Shown here one piece after another: positions 48,601 to 61,000 of a stretch of DNA of 64,000 nt; position 1 is the first letter of the stretch; every line of letters begins with the position of its first letter. The DNA comes from Squalus acanthias (taxonomy: Eukaryota). Location: positions 15,872,001 through 15,936,000 of the forward strand of contig CM059440.1 in NCBI GenBank assembly GCA_030390025.1, read 5' to 3'. The position numbers and the translations under genes are program-made. Under the pieces are notes generated by a model that was not told where the DNA came from, did not search any database, and saw nothing but the letters and a program-made list of their open reading frames with translations.

Positions 48601-49339
48601 CCCAGGCAACTCAAAAGGTCAGTGGCGGGTCCATGGGCTGGAGGCCATATCTGACACACAGGAAAGTGGCGTCGCCAGTAACGGGATTCCCCACAGAGAA
48701 AAAGCAAATGTGTGGGATGGTTTCAACCACATTACTCTTGAGCACTTTCTACTGGCTAGTTCAAGAATGGAATTGAAGGAATCTAAGGAACTGGTGACGC
48801 CTACCTGTTGTCTCAGCCAGGAACTGGTGCAGGGTGACCTTTTAGGAAAAGGAAAATAAGAGGCTTGTGGGAGGAGCCGTTTTAAATCTTCAGCTGACAA
48901 AAATCGAAAGAATAGCTGAGAGTGCTCTGGGGGTCTCGAACTGTTTGTGACATTTAAGAACATAAAAATAAATGAAGTACTGTTCTAGTAGGAGCAGAGA
49001 AATAGATACAATTGTGCCCTATGGTCTGTGATGGTGTGGGAATATTGAACAATCTCATTTACAAACCCAGCAATCTCTTTCTTGTAGTTTAGCAACCAGG
49101 TATTCCTTTTGAGAATTGCATCAGCATTTCTGCACAGCAAAAAGTAATATGGAGAAGAATTTTCTATTTTCTTGTGCATTGTTCTGATCTATTTGATACT
49201 TCATTCCTCATATTTGTCATTCAGTAATGTGTCCTGGGGAATAAGTAGCATAAAATTTGGTACAAGTTACAGCGTATATATTTTCTCTATCTTCTGCTAT
49301 CACTAGTTTTCTTTGCCAGTTTTTCTCTCTTTTTCCTTC

Positions 49340-49740
49340 AACTCCCTTTCTCTTGTAAAGGCACTCAATCCTTAAGGTATAGTTCCACAGGCACCAGCCA
49401 TCAGATGTACCTTGCCCAAGTAGTCATTCTTCATGTGTGAGCCTTTACAGTGAGTGTAGCCTAACTATTCAACCATGGGGGTATCACATCTAAGCCTGAC
49501 CTTCTCTACCTGGTGCACCCATGTACTTCCAGCAGGGATTGCTAGATAGCGATCGGATAAGATTCATGCTTAGCCGATTTTCCTTCTTTAAACAAGGGCC
49601 TCTAAGACCAATTGTATTGCCCCTCCCATTTCTCCAGTTTAGCCCCCCTCAATCCAACAGAGAATGGAGATTGAACCTGAGAACTTCCTTTTCTGCATAG
49701 CAGAGCTACTCACTGGTTAAACTTGCTGGGCCATCCAGGG
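49340..49740 (-). mobile_element. SINE family B
   Basis: cattcttcatgtgtgagcc, gatagcgatc, ccaattgta and gattgaacct blocks. Confidence 0.65.
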
Positions 49741-49862
49741 AGTCATAACTAATTTTGTATTACTTTGATGTATAGGGAGTGGCTTGTACAGTTTGTGACT
49801 TTTATATTTTTTAATCCGAAACCGCAGCCATATAATTAGGTGAGTTGTTTATGCCGGATCAT

Positions 49863-50346
49863 TGAATCACAGAATGGTTACAGCACAGAAGGAGGCCATT
49901 CGGCCCGTCGAGCCTGTGCCGGCTCTCTGCAAGAGCACCTCAGCTAGTCCCACTCCCCCGTCCTTTCCCCATAGCCCTGCAAAATTTTTTCCTTCGGGTA
50001 CTTATCCAATTCCCTTTTGAAAGCCATGATTGAGTCTGCCTCCACCACCCTTTCAGGCAGTGCATTCCAGATCCTAACCACTCGCTGCGTAAAAAAGTTT
50101 TTCCTCATGTCGCCTTTGGTTCTTTTGTCAGTCACCTTAAATCTGTGCCCTCTGGTTCTCGACCTTTCCACCAAAGGGAGCAGTTTCTCTCTATCTACTC
50201 TGTCCAGAACCTTCATGATTTTGAACACCTCTATCAAATCTCCCCTCAACCTTCTCTGCTCTAAGGAGAACAACCCCAGCTTCTCTAGTCTATCCACGTA
50301 ACTGAAGTCCCTCATCCCTGGAATCATTCTCGTAAATCTTTTCTGA
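49863..50346 (-). mobile_element. CR1 3' end with an uninterrupted ORF2 C-terminus
   Basis: ORF 49944-50390: QKRFTRMIPG..LEQRRLRGDLIEVFK..FFTQRVVRIWNALP, followed by the CR1 tail. Confidence 0.92.
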
Positions 50347-50679
50347 TGGGATCTACCACAGTACCATTTTGCCAAATACTGCAAAAACATCCCTATAACA
50401 CTGCCTGATATTTGATATTATTTCACTGTGGATGCTTACATCATAAAGATTATTTCATATTAATGAAAGTTCTTTTTCTTTTTCTTTACTCTATCATGTG
50501 ATTCCAGCAACTGGTAGTGAAGGATTTAAAAATGTCAATTGTGCTGTGTGTTGTGCAGTCTTAAACCAGCAGAAGCACAACTTCAACGTTCAAAGTAACA
50601 TTTCTTGGGGTGCTGTGACATCACTTACACGATTTGATTGTGTCACAAACTTACTCTTAGCTGCCTGTTGTTTTGTACA

Positions 50680-50854
50680 TAACCTAACCCACCAGGCAGG
50701 AAACTGACCAGATCATGTCCAACGCCAGTTTTACACCCCACCCGAATTTGCTCTCCATCAACTTCATTGGAGAGTAAATTGGCGCAGGGAGTAAACGCGA
50801 CTTTCGACCCGATCCGTTCAGTTTCCCACCGGGCGGGTTAGGTTAAAATTACCC
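50680..50854. mobile_element. Foldback MITE (whole-length imperfect palindrome)
   Basis: taacctaaccc..ggaaactga / tcagtttcc..gggttaggtta; inner aatttgctctcca / tggagagtaaatt. Confidence 0.75.
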
Positions 50855-50915
50855 TCAGATTGTTACCGAGAGGGTGTTAATGAACGTGCTCCAAACAATG
50901 CGTGCTATATCCAAG

Positions 50916-51118
50916 ATGTGGAGATGCCGGTGTTGGACTGGGGTGGACAAAAGTGAGAAGTCGCACAACACCAGGTTATAGTCCAACAGCTTTATTTGAA
51001 ATCACAAGCTTCGGAGCGCTGCTCCTTCGTCAGGTGAAGAAGGAGCAGCGCTCCGAAAGCTTGTGATTTCAAATAAAGCTGTTGGACTATAACCTGGTGT
51101 TGTGCGACTTCTCACTTT
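50916..51118. mobile_element. Penelope-type inverted pseudo-LTR insertion (hairpin) with hammerhead cores
   Basis: 13-bp TSD tgctatatccaag (50903-50915 and 51119-51131). Arms 50948-51028 and 51039-51120 are exact reverse complements except for a 1-nt indel. Confidence 0.85.
51001..51038 (-). ncRNA. Minimal hammerhead-ribozyme-like motif, probably defective
   Basis: UCAC-CUGACGA-A-GGAGC-AGC-GCUCC-GAA-GCUU-GUGA: stem I, core, stem II and palindromic stem III are present; one A of GAAA is missing. Confidence 0.6.
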
Positions 51119-52064
51119 TGCTATATCCAAGGTTGTTGTATCTCTAAGTGTTCTGGCAACTAGCTACTGCATTTCAAATAATTAAACAATTGTTCAGCCC
51201 TCTCTTTGCCAAACCTGTGATTTCCAAAATATTTTAACCTCTCAAAGTACATGTCAGTGTTCTGCATTTGTTCCAGGCCCAGTTGAGGTTTTGGCTTTGT
51301 GAGCTGTGTACTTTTATCACAGAGTGAATGGTACACAGACTTTGCAGCTGCAGCTTGGAGACTGTTCAGATTCAACAGAGCCTTGCCAGGTCCCTCCTCT
51401 TTATCAGCCTCAGCTTTGTAGTGTTCCCACACAAGGGTTGCCAAATAAAACTGAAGAGAGGAAAAAGAGCTTTCTCTATAGAATCCACAGGCCTGGTTTT
51501 GACTGGTCTCAGCCCCTGGCCGTTTGCCAGTACGGCAAGGGTTACAGCATTAGAGCGCTGATAGCACTGCTTGGCTCTTCCTTTCCGCACCAAGATGAGG
51601 GAGCTGGCACACGACCAATTTCAGCTTACTGAGGCTGCTGTAGCTGCCTTGAAACCTTTGGGAGAATTGTCTGTCACCCACACCACTCCTTTGGGTCAAC
51701 TTTGTTATATTTACTCTAACAGAATTGCCTTCCCCAAAGTGGAAAGGGCACCATACTTAAGAGAGTAAACCATTACCCATGCCACTAGTCTCTTTGGAAT
51801 TCAGCATCATGTATTCAGATCAAAATGTGTTGGAGACTGGGAATTGCAATTTACAGCTCAAGCATGCTTTGTGAAATGCAGTCTGAAACTGAAATGCAGA
51901 CAAAAAAACCTGTAGAAATTTCTCTGAAAAGTTTACATAATTGGCTTGTCTTACCATGTACAACGTGTACAGTTCAAACAAAGCATGCCTGCATTGTGGT
52001 TAACAATTCAATCCATGTGTGGAAGCAACGTCTTTTTTTAAATGTCCCTGCAGTTTACTTCCGT

Positions 52065-52425
52065 CCTCTTTGAAGATGCTGATTCATCCTCGGATTTGAT
52101 TCCATGAATGCCAGCTGCCCTCCAGTGCCTTGCCCAAGGAGCCATTCTTCATGTGTGAGCCTTGGCAGGCCAGTTGACTATGTAGAGGGTGTCAGATCAT
52201 AGCGTACACATAGACGGCCTTTCTAAGAGCAGTGCAAACCACAGCTAATTTTCTTCCTCTTCTGAGCCCAGTGGTGCAGGGGCTTATTTAGCACCCCAAC
52301 TAATATTAGCCCAAGCTGAAATCAGTTAACTAAGCATAGACTGGGAGTCAAAGCTGAAACTTACCTGATGTGTATGACTGAATATTACGTTGAACAGTGC
52401 ATTTACCCACTAAGCCATCAGAGGA
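52065..52425 (-). mobile_element. SINE family B
   Basis: ccattcttcatgtgtgagcc, atcagttaactaagcatagac and cccactaagcca blocks. Confidence 0.65.
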
Positions 52426-52511
52426 GCTGCAGTTACTTTTGAAAGCCAGTCTTTTAAACTAGCTTAGTTTTGCAGTTTTGCCCCTTAACGAGAAATTACT
52501 TAAAAAATTAT

Positions 52512-53294
52512 GGGGGCGAAATTTGCCTCCTTTGCACCCGCAGTTAGCGCCTCCGGGAGGCGCAAAGGGCTTATCGCCCGGGCGGGGGCGCTAATGACGC
52601 CTGCCGCGAAATTCGGCAGAGTGCTACTGAGGCGCTAGCCGATAGTGCTGTGCCCCCGCCGGTAGCGTCCTGGGCCGCTGGTGATGACGTAATCGCCGAG
52701 CGACGCGACCCCTTAATGCCCCGCCACAGCCCCTTACTGCCCCGCGGCAGAAATTCAGCTGCACCCTGCGAGGCTGCCGCGGGCGATGTCAGCGATAGCC
52801 TCACTGGTCGCGAACCGGGCCGCACACCGCTGTCGTGGGTGGGGGGGGGGGGGTAATTAAAGATGCGGTCCGGCTGCACCCTGCGCCCCCATTTTATTAT
52901 TTTGGCCGACCTCCAGGTCGGCCCCTCTTGGTGGTGCTTGGCGTGGCCTGTGGCCGCCATCACGCCGTCAGGCACCGCCTCTCGGTGCCGGGCTGCAGCC
53001 ATGGCACCACGCCGCCCTGGTGGGCTAGTGGAGGCCATCAAACAGCCTGCAGAGCTCGCAGCGTCCCTCCCCTTTAACGGAAGGGGAGGGGCACTGAAAC
53101 GCGTCAGCGCTACCGCGCTTTGTGCCCCAGACACCGCCCCGAAAGGAAGTGGAGCACCCAAGATAGCGCTCCGCTTCCTCGCAGGGGAGGTAAGCCCAAT
53201 TTAGTGGCCGTGGTGGTACTCCTGTGCCGGGCACAAATTTCTGGCGCTAATTCAGTTACCAGCCCCAAACGAGGCGTAACTGAATTTCGCCCCC
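52512..53294. mobile_element. PIF/Harbinger-type MITE
   Basis: Perfect 12-bp TIRs gggggcgaaatt / aatttcgccccc; TSD tat; CpG-rich; tagcgc/ggcgcta motifs. Confidence 0.88.
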
Positions 53295-53307
53295 TATGTA
53301 TTGATAA

Positions 53308-53690
53308 ATTTCAAGCCCCACTTCAGAGACTTGAGCACATAATCCAGGCTAGCAATTCACTGAGGGAGTGCTGCACTGTTGGAGGTACCATCTTTTGGAT
53401 GAGACGTCTGCCCTCTGAGGTGAACATACAAAGATTCCATTGCACGATTCGAAGCAGAGCAAGGGTGTTCTCCTGGTGTCCTGGCCTACATTTATCCCTC
53501 AACCATTAAAACAGATATCTGGTCATTAATCTCATTGCTGTTTGTGGGGCCTTGCTGTGCACAAATTGGCTGTTGTCTTTCCCTACATTACAACAGTGAC
53601 GTCACTTCAAAAGTACTTAATTGGCTGTTAATTTTTTGGGACGTCCTGAGGTTGTGAAAGGAGCTATATAAATGCAAGTCTTTTCTTTTT
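53308..53690 (+). mobile_element. DeuSINE lacking the A box
   Basis: ttcaagccccac..gagacttgagcacataatccaggct, central domain, and tail gctatataaatgcaagtctttt. Confidence 0.85.
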
Positions 53691-54534
53691 TTCCTTTTAC
53701 TGTGTATATGTGATATCCCTTTTAGATAACATGTATAAATAGCACTGGTGGTAACATTGCATTGATGTAAAAGCCACTGATCTCAAGTTAGAACATTTTA
53801 AAAAGGAGAACAAATGCAAGCACATACAAATGGTTTTTATTGTGTGCTGTGCTGTTTAATCCTGAGAACCATGTGGCTGCTTTTCCAGAGGAAGCCTTGA
53901 TTAAGAAATTCACTAGAATGACAACGATACATTGGGATTTTGTACCGGGATGAAAACAAGATGATGAGAGTGTACAACAAAAGCTTGTGGTGAGAGCTTT
54001 AATAAAATTACGTTGGCTGAAATGATTACACAGCGAATGTTCACAAAGGTTGCAGCACACTTAACCTCTAAGTGATGCTTGTCTGCTTCAGTCAACAAGA
54101 AAATAATTGCATCAAAAATGTGCAACTGTCAACAGCACGGTTCAGTGATCTGATAAATAGTTTCTGGGATATTTAATTACAAAATAATGTACCCCTAATG
54201 CCATCCTGTATCATGGATCAGCTATCCTGTTTGTTAACTCAGTTACTTTTCTTACAGTGACTCTGGTACTTTAAGCCAGCAGTGATGCTGCCACTTTAAG
54301 TGGTTTCGGGTACATATTGATGTGAAAGTGCCAGTATAACTGGGATGGATGTCAGATCCTGATCTTCTGCCCGAATTCCCTAAAGTCAAGTAGGAGCCTT
54401 TCTCCAAGAAGGCATCTGACACCAGTTTGAGTTTGCACCAAATGCAATATAATTTGAGTCTGGTGCAAAGCTGCATTTTAAAAGTACCTATGCACCCAAG
54501 AGCTTTTAAGACTTTGTATGGCATCTTTAAAATT

Positions 54535-54857
54535 ACATTGAATTTACAGCACAGAAACAGGTCATTCGGCCCAACAGGTCTGTGTTTATGCTCCACTCTA
54601 CTTCATCTCACCCTATCAGCATATCCTTCTATTCCTTTCTCCCTCATGTACTTATCTAGCTTCCCCTTAAATGCATCTATGCTATTTGCCTCAGCTACTC
54701 CATGTGGTAGTGAGTTCCACATTGTCACCACTCTCTGGGTAAAGAAGTTTCTCCTGAATTCCTTATTGAATTTATTAGTGACTATCTTGTACTTATGACC
54801 CCTAGTTTTGGACTCCCCCACAAGTGGAAACATCTTCTCTAGGTCTACCCTATCAAA
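54535..54857 (-). mobile_element. CR1 3' end
   Basis: ORF 54603-54860: FDRVDLEKMFPL..TRGHKYK..FFTQRVVTMWNSLP. Confidence 0.9.
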
Positions 54858-55429
54858 CAAATGTTATATAAGAATGGACTCTCCCACCCACATTCTCCAA
54901 ACGTTAAAATTGGCAACTGGGGAAAGCAAAGCCCCGCACATAGATTCAGTGAGGCATATGCAGAGCTCCTTTGTAGCTGACCTCACTGCTACCTGGGTGG
55001 ATGCACAGCTAGCAGTATAATTTGATGTGCCAACTTCACATCGAACTTCAAAGGTACTGTTCTGTGACGGGTAGCAGCAGTGTGATTCCACTTTAAATGG
55101 AAACACAATGAAACATTAAAATTACAAATTATTTTCAGACAGCTTTTATAATCTTTGCCTCCTTGTTTTCAATTTTTCCCTGTTCCTTCTGCATCACCCA
55201 TATTCCAGCAACTCTCGCTATTCCCTAACTTGGGGGATAAAGCAACAGTCCCTGCCATAGCGTCTGCCAGTGCTGCTCAATAACTGTTTGAGGCTGCTTG
55301 ATTCAACATAAGCCAGAAGCACTCTGCTTTGACATATGTTCTAGGATTTTATTGTCTATTTTTAATACTTAAAACAGACTCTTGAAACTCCCCTGATGTT
55401 CAGTTTCTTGATGCATTGTGTGGTGTAAT

Positions 55430-56220
55430 AGAGGTCCACAGACACCAGGAACATTTTAGGCTAAATTCCTGGTCTGTACTGACGCAGCTGAGTGGCAGTG
55501 GAGGGCACTACATTAGCCTGTGTTTCTAGGGAATACTGAGGCCAAGGTTCTCACTCCTGATTGCTATCTCATGACCCTTGATGGAAAATGTGCATGCAGC
55601 GTTAGGTGAGGACAGGATCAAGTTCTACTGTGATGGTTAACCAGCCTAACAACACTCACTGACTAGGCTCACATAAGAATGGTCACCTGAGTGACAACTA
55701 AGTTAGAATGTTACCAGGGCTCCAAGGTTAGATTATGAGGAGAGATTACATAAACTAACCCTTGGAGCCCTAGAATATAGAAGGTTAAAACATTCAGGTT
55801 TTTAGAATTTTGAAAGGAATTGATAGGGTAGAGAGCGAGAAACCTTTTCCGCTGGTGGGGGAGTCTAGGACAAGGGGACACAACCTTAAAATCAGAGCCA
55901 GGCCATTCAGGAGAGAAGCTAGGAAACACTTCTACACGCAAAGGGTGGTAGATGTGTGGAACTCCCCCCACAAAAAGCAGTAGATGCTAGCTCAATTAAT
56001 CATTTTAAATCTGAGGTCGATAGATTTTTGCTAGCCAAAGGTATTAAGGGATATGGAGCCAAGGTGGGTAGATGGAGTTAGGATACAGATCAGCCATGAT
56101 CTCACTGAATGACGGAACAAGCTCGAGGGGCTGAATGGCCTACTCCTGTTCCTATGTTCTGGCATCTGTGGAATCAAAGCCCAGCGTATATCCTACGTTC
56201 AGCAAAGGAGGGCAGAAATT
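55430..56220 (+). mobile_element. SINE family B, split by the CR1 at 55709-56159
   Basis: Body runs to aagaatggtcacctg (about 55690); tail gcatctgtggaa..ttcagcaaaggaggg resumes at 56160. Confidence 0.6.
55709..56159 (+). mobile_element. CR1 3' end
   Basis: tgttaccagggctc..ttatgaggagagatt..ttctacacgcaaagggtggta..cctactcctgttcctatgtt. Confidence 0.88.
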
Positions 56221-57579
56221 TGGGTGAGAAAAAAAAATGACCCTGCCAGACTCAGGAATAATCCCTCCCAAGAAGCTTTGACTGGAGTCTATTTGACATA
56301 TATATACTGCCATTTAATTTTTAAGTTGCTTCTCAATTTAGGTCCTGTCTCAACTCACCACATTTCCTTAAGTCAGGAGGACAGAGCATCTAAGTTGTTG
56401 ACACACCCATGACTACCATCACTTCTCTATAATTTGCTGTCTGAAGTATGTTTCTATAAGGCAAGACTGCCAGTTCCAACAGAAATCTGCCAGAAGATCC
56501 CCTCTGCCCTGTGTTGCTTCAGTAACAAACAGTAGATTCAAGTAACATTGGCTTTTTAATTTTGTTTTTTTAATTCTTTCTGGTATCCTTGGAGACCCCA
56601 CAAATAATATCTTCTGGTCTTTATCCATCTTCCCGTGGACATCTTGCTATCTTCCTTAGGCACCTAGATTTCTGTCTGGATATTTTTTTTTAATTAATTT
56701 AAATTTTTTAGCAGAGAAATTAGCAGATTATATTTTTACTCAAGAATATATGGGGTTTTATATATATATATATTGCTGACAGTAAATGTTTCCTCTTTAT
56801 TGCAGCTGTGCTGAAAATGTAGCTTATTCTTTTGCTCTTGGTCTCGCTCAGCTGCACAACCACTTGCTTTTGATGTGGTGTATGAACATGAGCTCCTCAA
56901 GATTCCTTTAATGACTTAAATCATCACCAAATTTAGTCTGTCTAGCAGTTTTGTGGTGTCTGGGATGGTTCGTAGCCATTACAGCTTTGTCCATCCGGTG
57001 CTCTCAGAACATGAAGTACTGGAATGTTATGAGCTCTTACGGCATGTCTGAGAATGCAGTTAGTGGCTTTCCAGAGAGGAGAGAGGTCGTGTTTGGGCTG
57101 GACCAGGAAGTCTGTCATTGTTAGAGATGCACCCTTCTCAGTAAAAAAAAAAGACTCTTAAATATGTTTTCCCCGTTTGTAATGTTTGAAAATTATGCAA
57201 TTCCAAGTCCCCACCTTAGTACAATTACAGTATAAGCATGTGATTAGAAATTCCTGTTATTGTATCTGCCTCAAACTTATGCCTAGTATCTTGGTGGCAG
57301 ATTCCATTTAGTCAATGAAGAAATTCAAAACATAATGAGACAATCTCCTAAAAATAATTTGCCTGGCCCTGCAATGTTGTAGTTTTGACTGTATGTAATC
57401 TTGCAGTGGTCACAGCCAGATTAATGTAAACAATCCAGTGCAGTTCTGTCCCCGTTTCCCAATTTTGAATTAAAGACGGATAAAGTGGTCCCTTTTTTAC
57501 GTTTTCTTCGTGTATACACGCGGAAAGTAGATATCGTTCTTTCGATTTTTTTTCTTCCCATCCAATTTTCTTTGTACTT

Positions 57580-57791
57580 GGGAACGTCGGAAAAGCAGTA
57601 GGCCATTTAGCCCCTTGAGCCTGTTCCACCATTCAATTAGATCACGGCTGATCTGTATCTTGACTCCTTCTACCCGCCTTGGTTCCGTAATACCCTTGCC
57701 TAACAAAAATCTATCAATCTGTTTTGAAATTTTCAATTGACCTAGCCCCAACAGCGTTTTGGGCAACAGAGTTCCAGATTTCCACTACCCT
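57580..57791 (-). mobile_element. CR1 3' end
   Basis: Reverse complement of the subfamily at 55930-56159 and 61400-61632. Confidence 0.82.
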
Positions 57792-58080
57792 GAAGGCACT
57801 GTCTTTGGTTGAATTATGGTTTCCTAGGTACTGGTCACCCTCTGGTACCTGGCACAAGTGGTCATCCTCCATATGTGAACGTAGATTGTGATTGTCAGTG
57901 AGCTGTCGAAGGTGGAGGGCATTACAGCCGAACCTGGCTCTGTCTTTGCCTGATGTCCAGACATGTAGATCTTGCAGCAGGGGTGACCAGGAACTCTGGC
58001 TGAAATTGTAGCATCCTTCCTGTCAATAGCCAAGTTAGCGCAGACTGGAGATTGAACCTAGCACTTTACTGCTCTGTGTG
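57792..58080 (-). mobile_element. SINE family B, partial
   Basis: ccctctggtacct, attacagccgaacc and gattgaaccta blocks. Confidence 0.6.
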
Positions 58081-61000
58081 GAGAATTCTAATCCAAAGGC
58101 TCTTGCATCATTTGTTATTCTCCCACCTGAAGAAGCTACCTGCTTCCGGGCCGTTCTGTCAGTCCTGATTGTGATCGGACACACAGGAGACATGGTAGAG
58201 CAACCCAAATATGCTACCACCACATCCCCCATGGCGTGAAGCACCTTGGCTTCACTTGGTAACTATGCCAGTGGTCTAGCTGAGTTGCTGTCTGACTTTG
58301 CTTCCTACTGCTCCAGTTAGGGTACCTAAAACATGATCATTTGTTTTTCTAATTATATTTTCAAATCCTACATTTTATCTGTTTTCTTAAAAATCTTGTA
58401 AATGAAAATGACACCCTATACAGAAGTTTTTAGCTAACAGTTGGGTGAAAATGATACAAACTCCTCTGCACTTTCTAACGCTGATTCCATTTAGCGTTTC
58501 AGTCAACAGGAAGTGCAAGGAAAAACTCAGAGCATCAGTTATTCCCCAAAGTGCCATACCCTTCCCTAGTGCCCTAGCTTAAAAGCCATCAGGAAAATAA
58601 GACTGCGAGCCAGAAAATCAGACTTACAGAAAAATAGTATGTGAAAGTATTGTTGCTGACAAAACAACCAGAGAAGTAATCCCAAAGATATAGGCAGGCA
58701 GATGGAATCACTACAGTGTTTACATTGTACATTGTTTGAACAATCTTGGTATTGGGATCTTTATATAAACCTTTTGTTATTGAGCATCCTGCACTTGAGG
58801 CTTGAATAGTGTTTAATGCTGGATATGTGATGAACTGCATCTGTCCACCACCATCTGGCTGCTCTGTCAGCACTGTGTTATTATGTACTGTATAGACATA
58901 CAGATGTACATATAGACATCATTCAGGCTTCTTCTAAGCATTGCAATGGTAGGCGCAACCCAGTCACTTCAATTCCTTAAGATGCTGGGCAAAAGCGTTA
59001 AATATTGGTTAAAAAGGCTTAACAAAATCAATCTTTGTCACAGCTTTAATATACATGTAACAAGTGCAGTTGTGTTTTATTTTTCACCCCAAATTTCTCA
59101 GAATTCTTTCAGAATGGAGACTACAACTCACTCTTTTATGTCTTTCAGTTGGCATTTTGTTGTTGTGGGAATCCTTTTTAAGGAGCAGGTAGGCAGGGTC
59201 TTTTTGGAGTCGAGGGGGATCAAATATAACATGCCTGGCAATGAAAATTCGGAACCAAGTCAACCCACTGCGGCAGCCTTGGTAATCCAATTCCGGAACC
59301 AGGCAAGTCCGCAATGTTAATGATTGACCAGCCAGTCTGGCTCACCAATGAAACTTGAAGGGGTGACCTGTTAATGAGGGCTGGGATTCTTCCCAGTCAG
59401 CTCCAGATAACCCTGGAAACCAATGCACTAACAGCTCGGGCGATCCTGATTGGAAAACAGCTAGAAGCTTACCAGTGCTCTGTATTGGTGAGTGGCATGG
59501 TTTTAACTGGGTAAACTCCGGCAGTACCACCATGCACACTTGGGGGTCCCAAAACATTGGGTCTTCTAACCGGCACCTAAGCTCTCTGAACACTGTGCTG
59601 TGGCAGAAAGTATGCACTTTATGTCGGGTAAACAGACACTCTGCTCATGTACATTTCTCAGCTTGGTTTGGAGAATGGTGATGAGTTTGAGTTTCAGCAA
59701 GCATTAGACATCCTGGTTAACCAAAATAAACCCTCTCTGCTGCTACTTCTTGATGTGGAAATGCTAGTTGATTTTAGAAAGATAAATCGTGGAGAGAAAT
59801 TTCTAGCCTGCATATTAGAAATGCCATACAGCACAAGCCTTTCAAATCAACAAATACCGCATATATGGTTGCTACAAACTGCAGGGTCTGCAACTCTTGG
59901 TCACAGCTGTGTGAACTGGGTGGCTCATGCTATACAATACCACACAGTGTGTAACTGTGGTATATGTGTCCACAATACCATGGACTACATTCTACAGCTG
60001 GGTATGAGAAAATGTTGTGTGGACTTGCAATTTAAAATTCATTTTTTGTAGAAGGAGGGTGGGGGGGGGATTGAAAAATATCAAAAGAAACAGAACACTA
60101 TCCAATTGTTGTGAAAATCAGTAGGGTGATCGGCATGATCGGCATAGATGTTCAATAAATGGAGCAGTTTTTCTTGTCTGTACAGAAAAACAACAGTGGC
60201 TAAATGTCAGATCTACAAAGTATTTATGACTGTGTGATTACACCCATCGTCTCAGACGTTGGAACCCACTTTGCCGACAGGGTTGGATGCCGAATATCCT
60301 TTCTACTGTACTTTCTGCTTTTTTTTGTATGACTCATACCTCGCGCTCACAGACGAGTATGTCTGAGCAGCGAGTCCTTGAGGTTTCAGAGTGATAACAA
60401 ACAGCCACTTCTTGTGGCTTTCACTTTGCGTAAAAACCATTATCAGAACTTGTAGCCATTAGCTGTACTGCGGAGAAATGAAAAGGAAGCACCACCCTTC
60501 CCAGACTAACCACTCGCACTAGATTGGAAATATGAGACGTAGAGCTGTGGGTGTTAACCCCTTGCTGATATGTATATATATATATATTTATGTGTGTGTG
60601 TGTGTTTTTTATGTGAACGTATAAGTGAAAAATATTTGGCACACAGCTGATTCTACTTTGTGATAATGAATATAATTTCAAAAAAATGCTTTGAAGATGT
60701 TGCCGGATGGAAAATTATTTTTAAGAACAGAAGCTGCAAAAGAAATGCAATCTTTGTTAATGGGAGGATCCTGCTACTGTGGATAAGAAATTGTAGCAAT
60801 CAGCAAAAGAGCAGGCTTTAAATAGTGGAAGATTTCACCTAATAAATTGATATCTTGCTGATGATGGTGAATTATAGCTATTGTTCAATATGTGGAAGAT
60901 CCATAGCTCAGGAAAAATGTTGCTGAATGTTCAATAATGTTCAGTCTTCCGTATTTTCGTTTTTTGATTTTCCCACGTAGATAATGATCGTGCGAGCTAT

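Noticed and set aside
50017-50301. Antisense ORFs over CR1 (also 16637-17008 and 17646-17849)
   Set aside because: Shadow frames of CR1 ORF2.
51160-51444. VWEHY as a BED zinc finger of a hAT transposase
   Set aside because: The following CxxC and His ligands are absent; no TIRs.
60568-60604. (TA)n(TG)n microsatellite (also 874-900, 26632-26649 and 56759-56773)
   Set aside because: Ordinary short tandem repeats.
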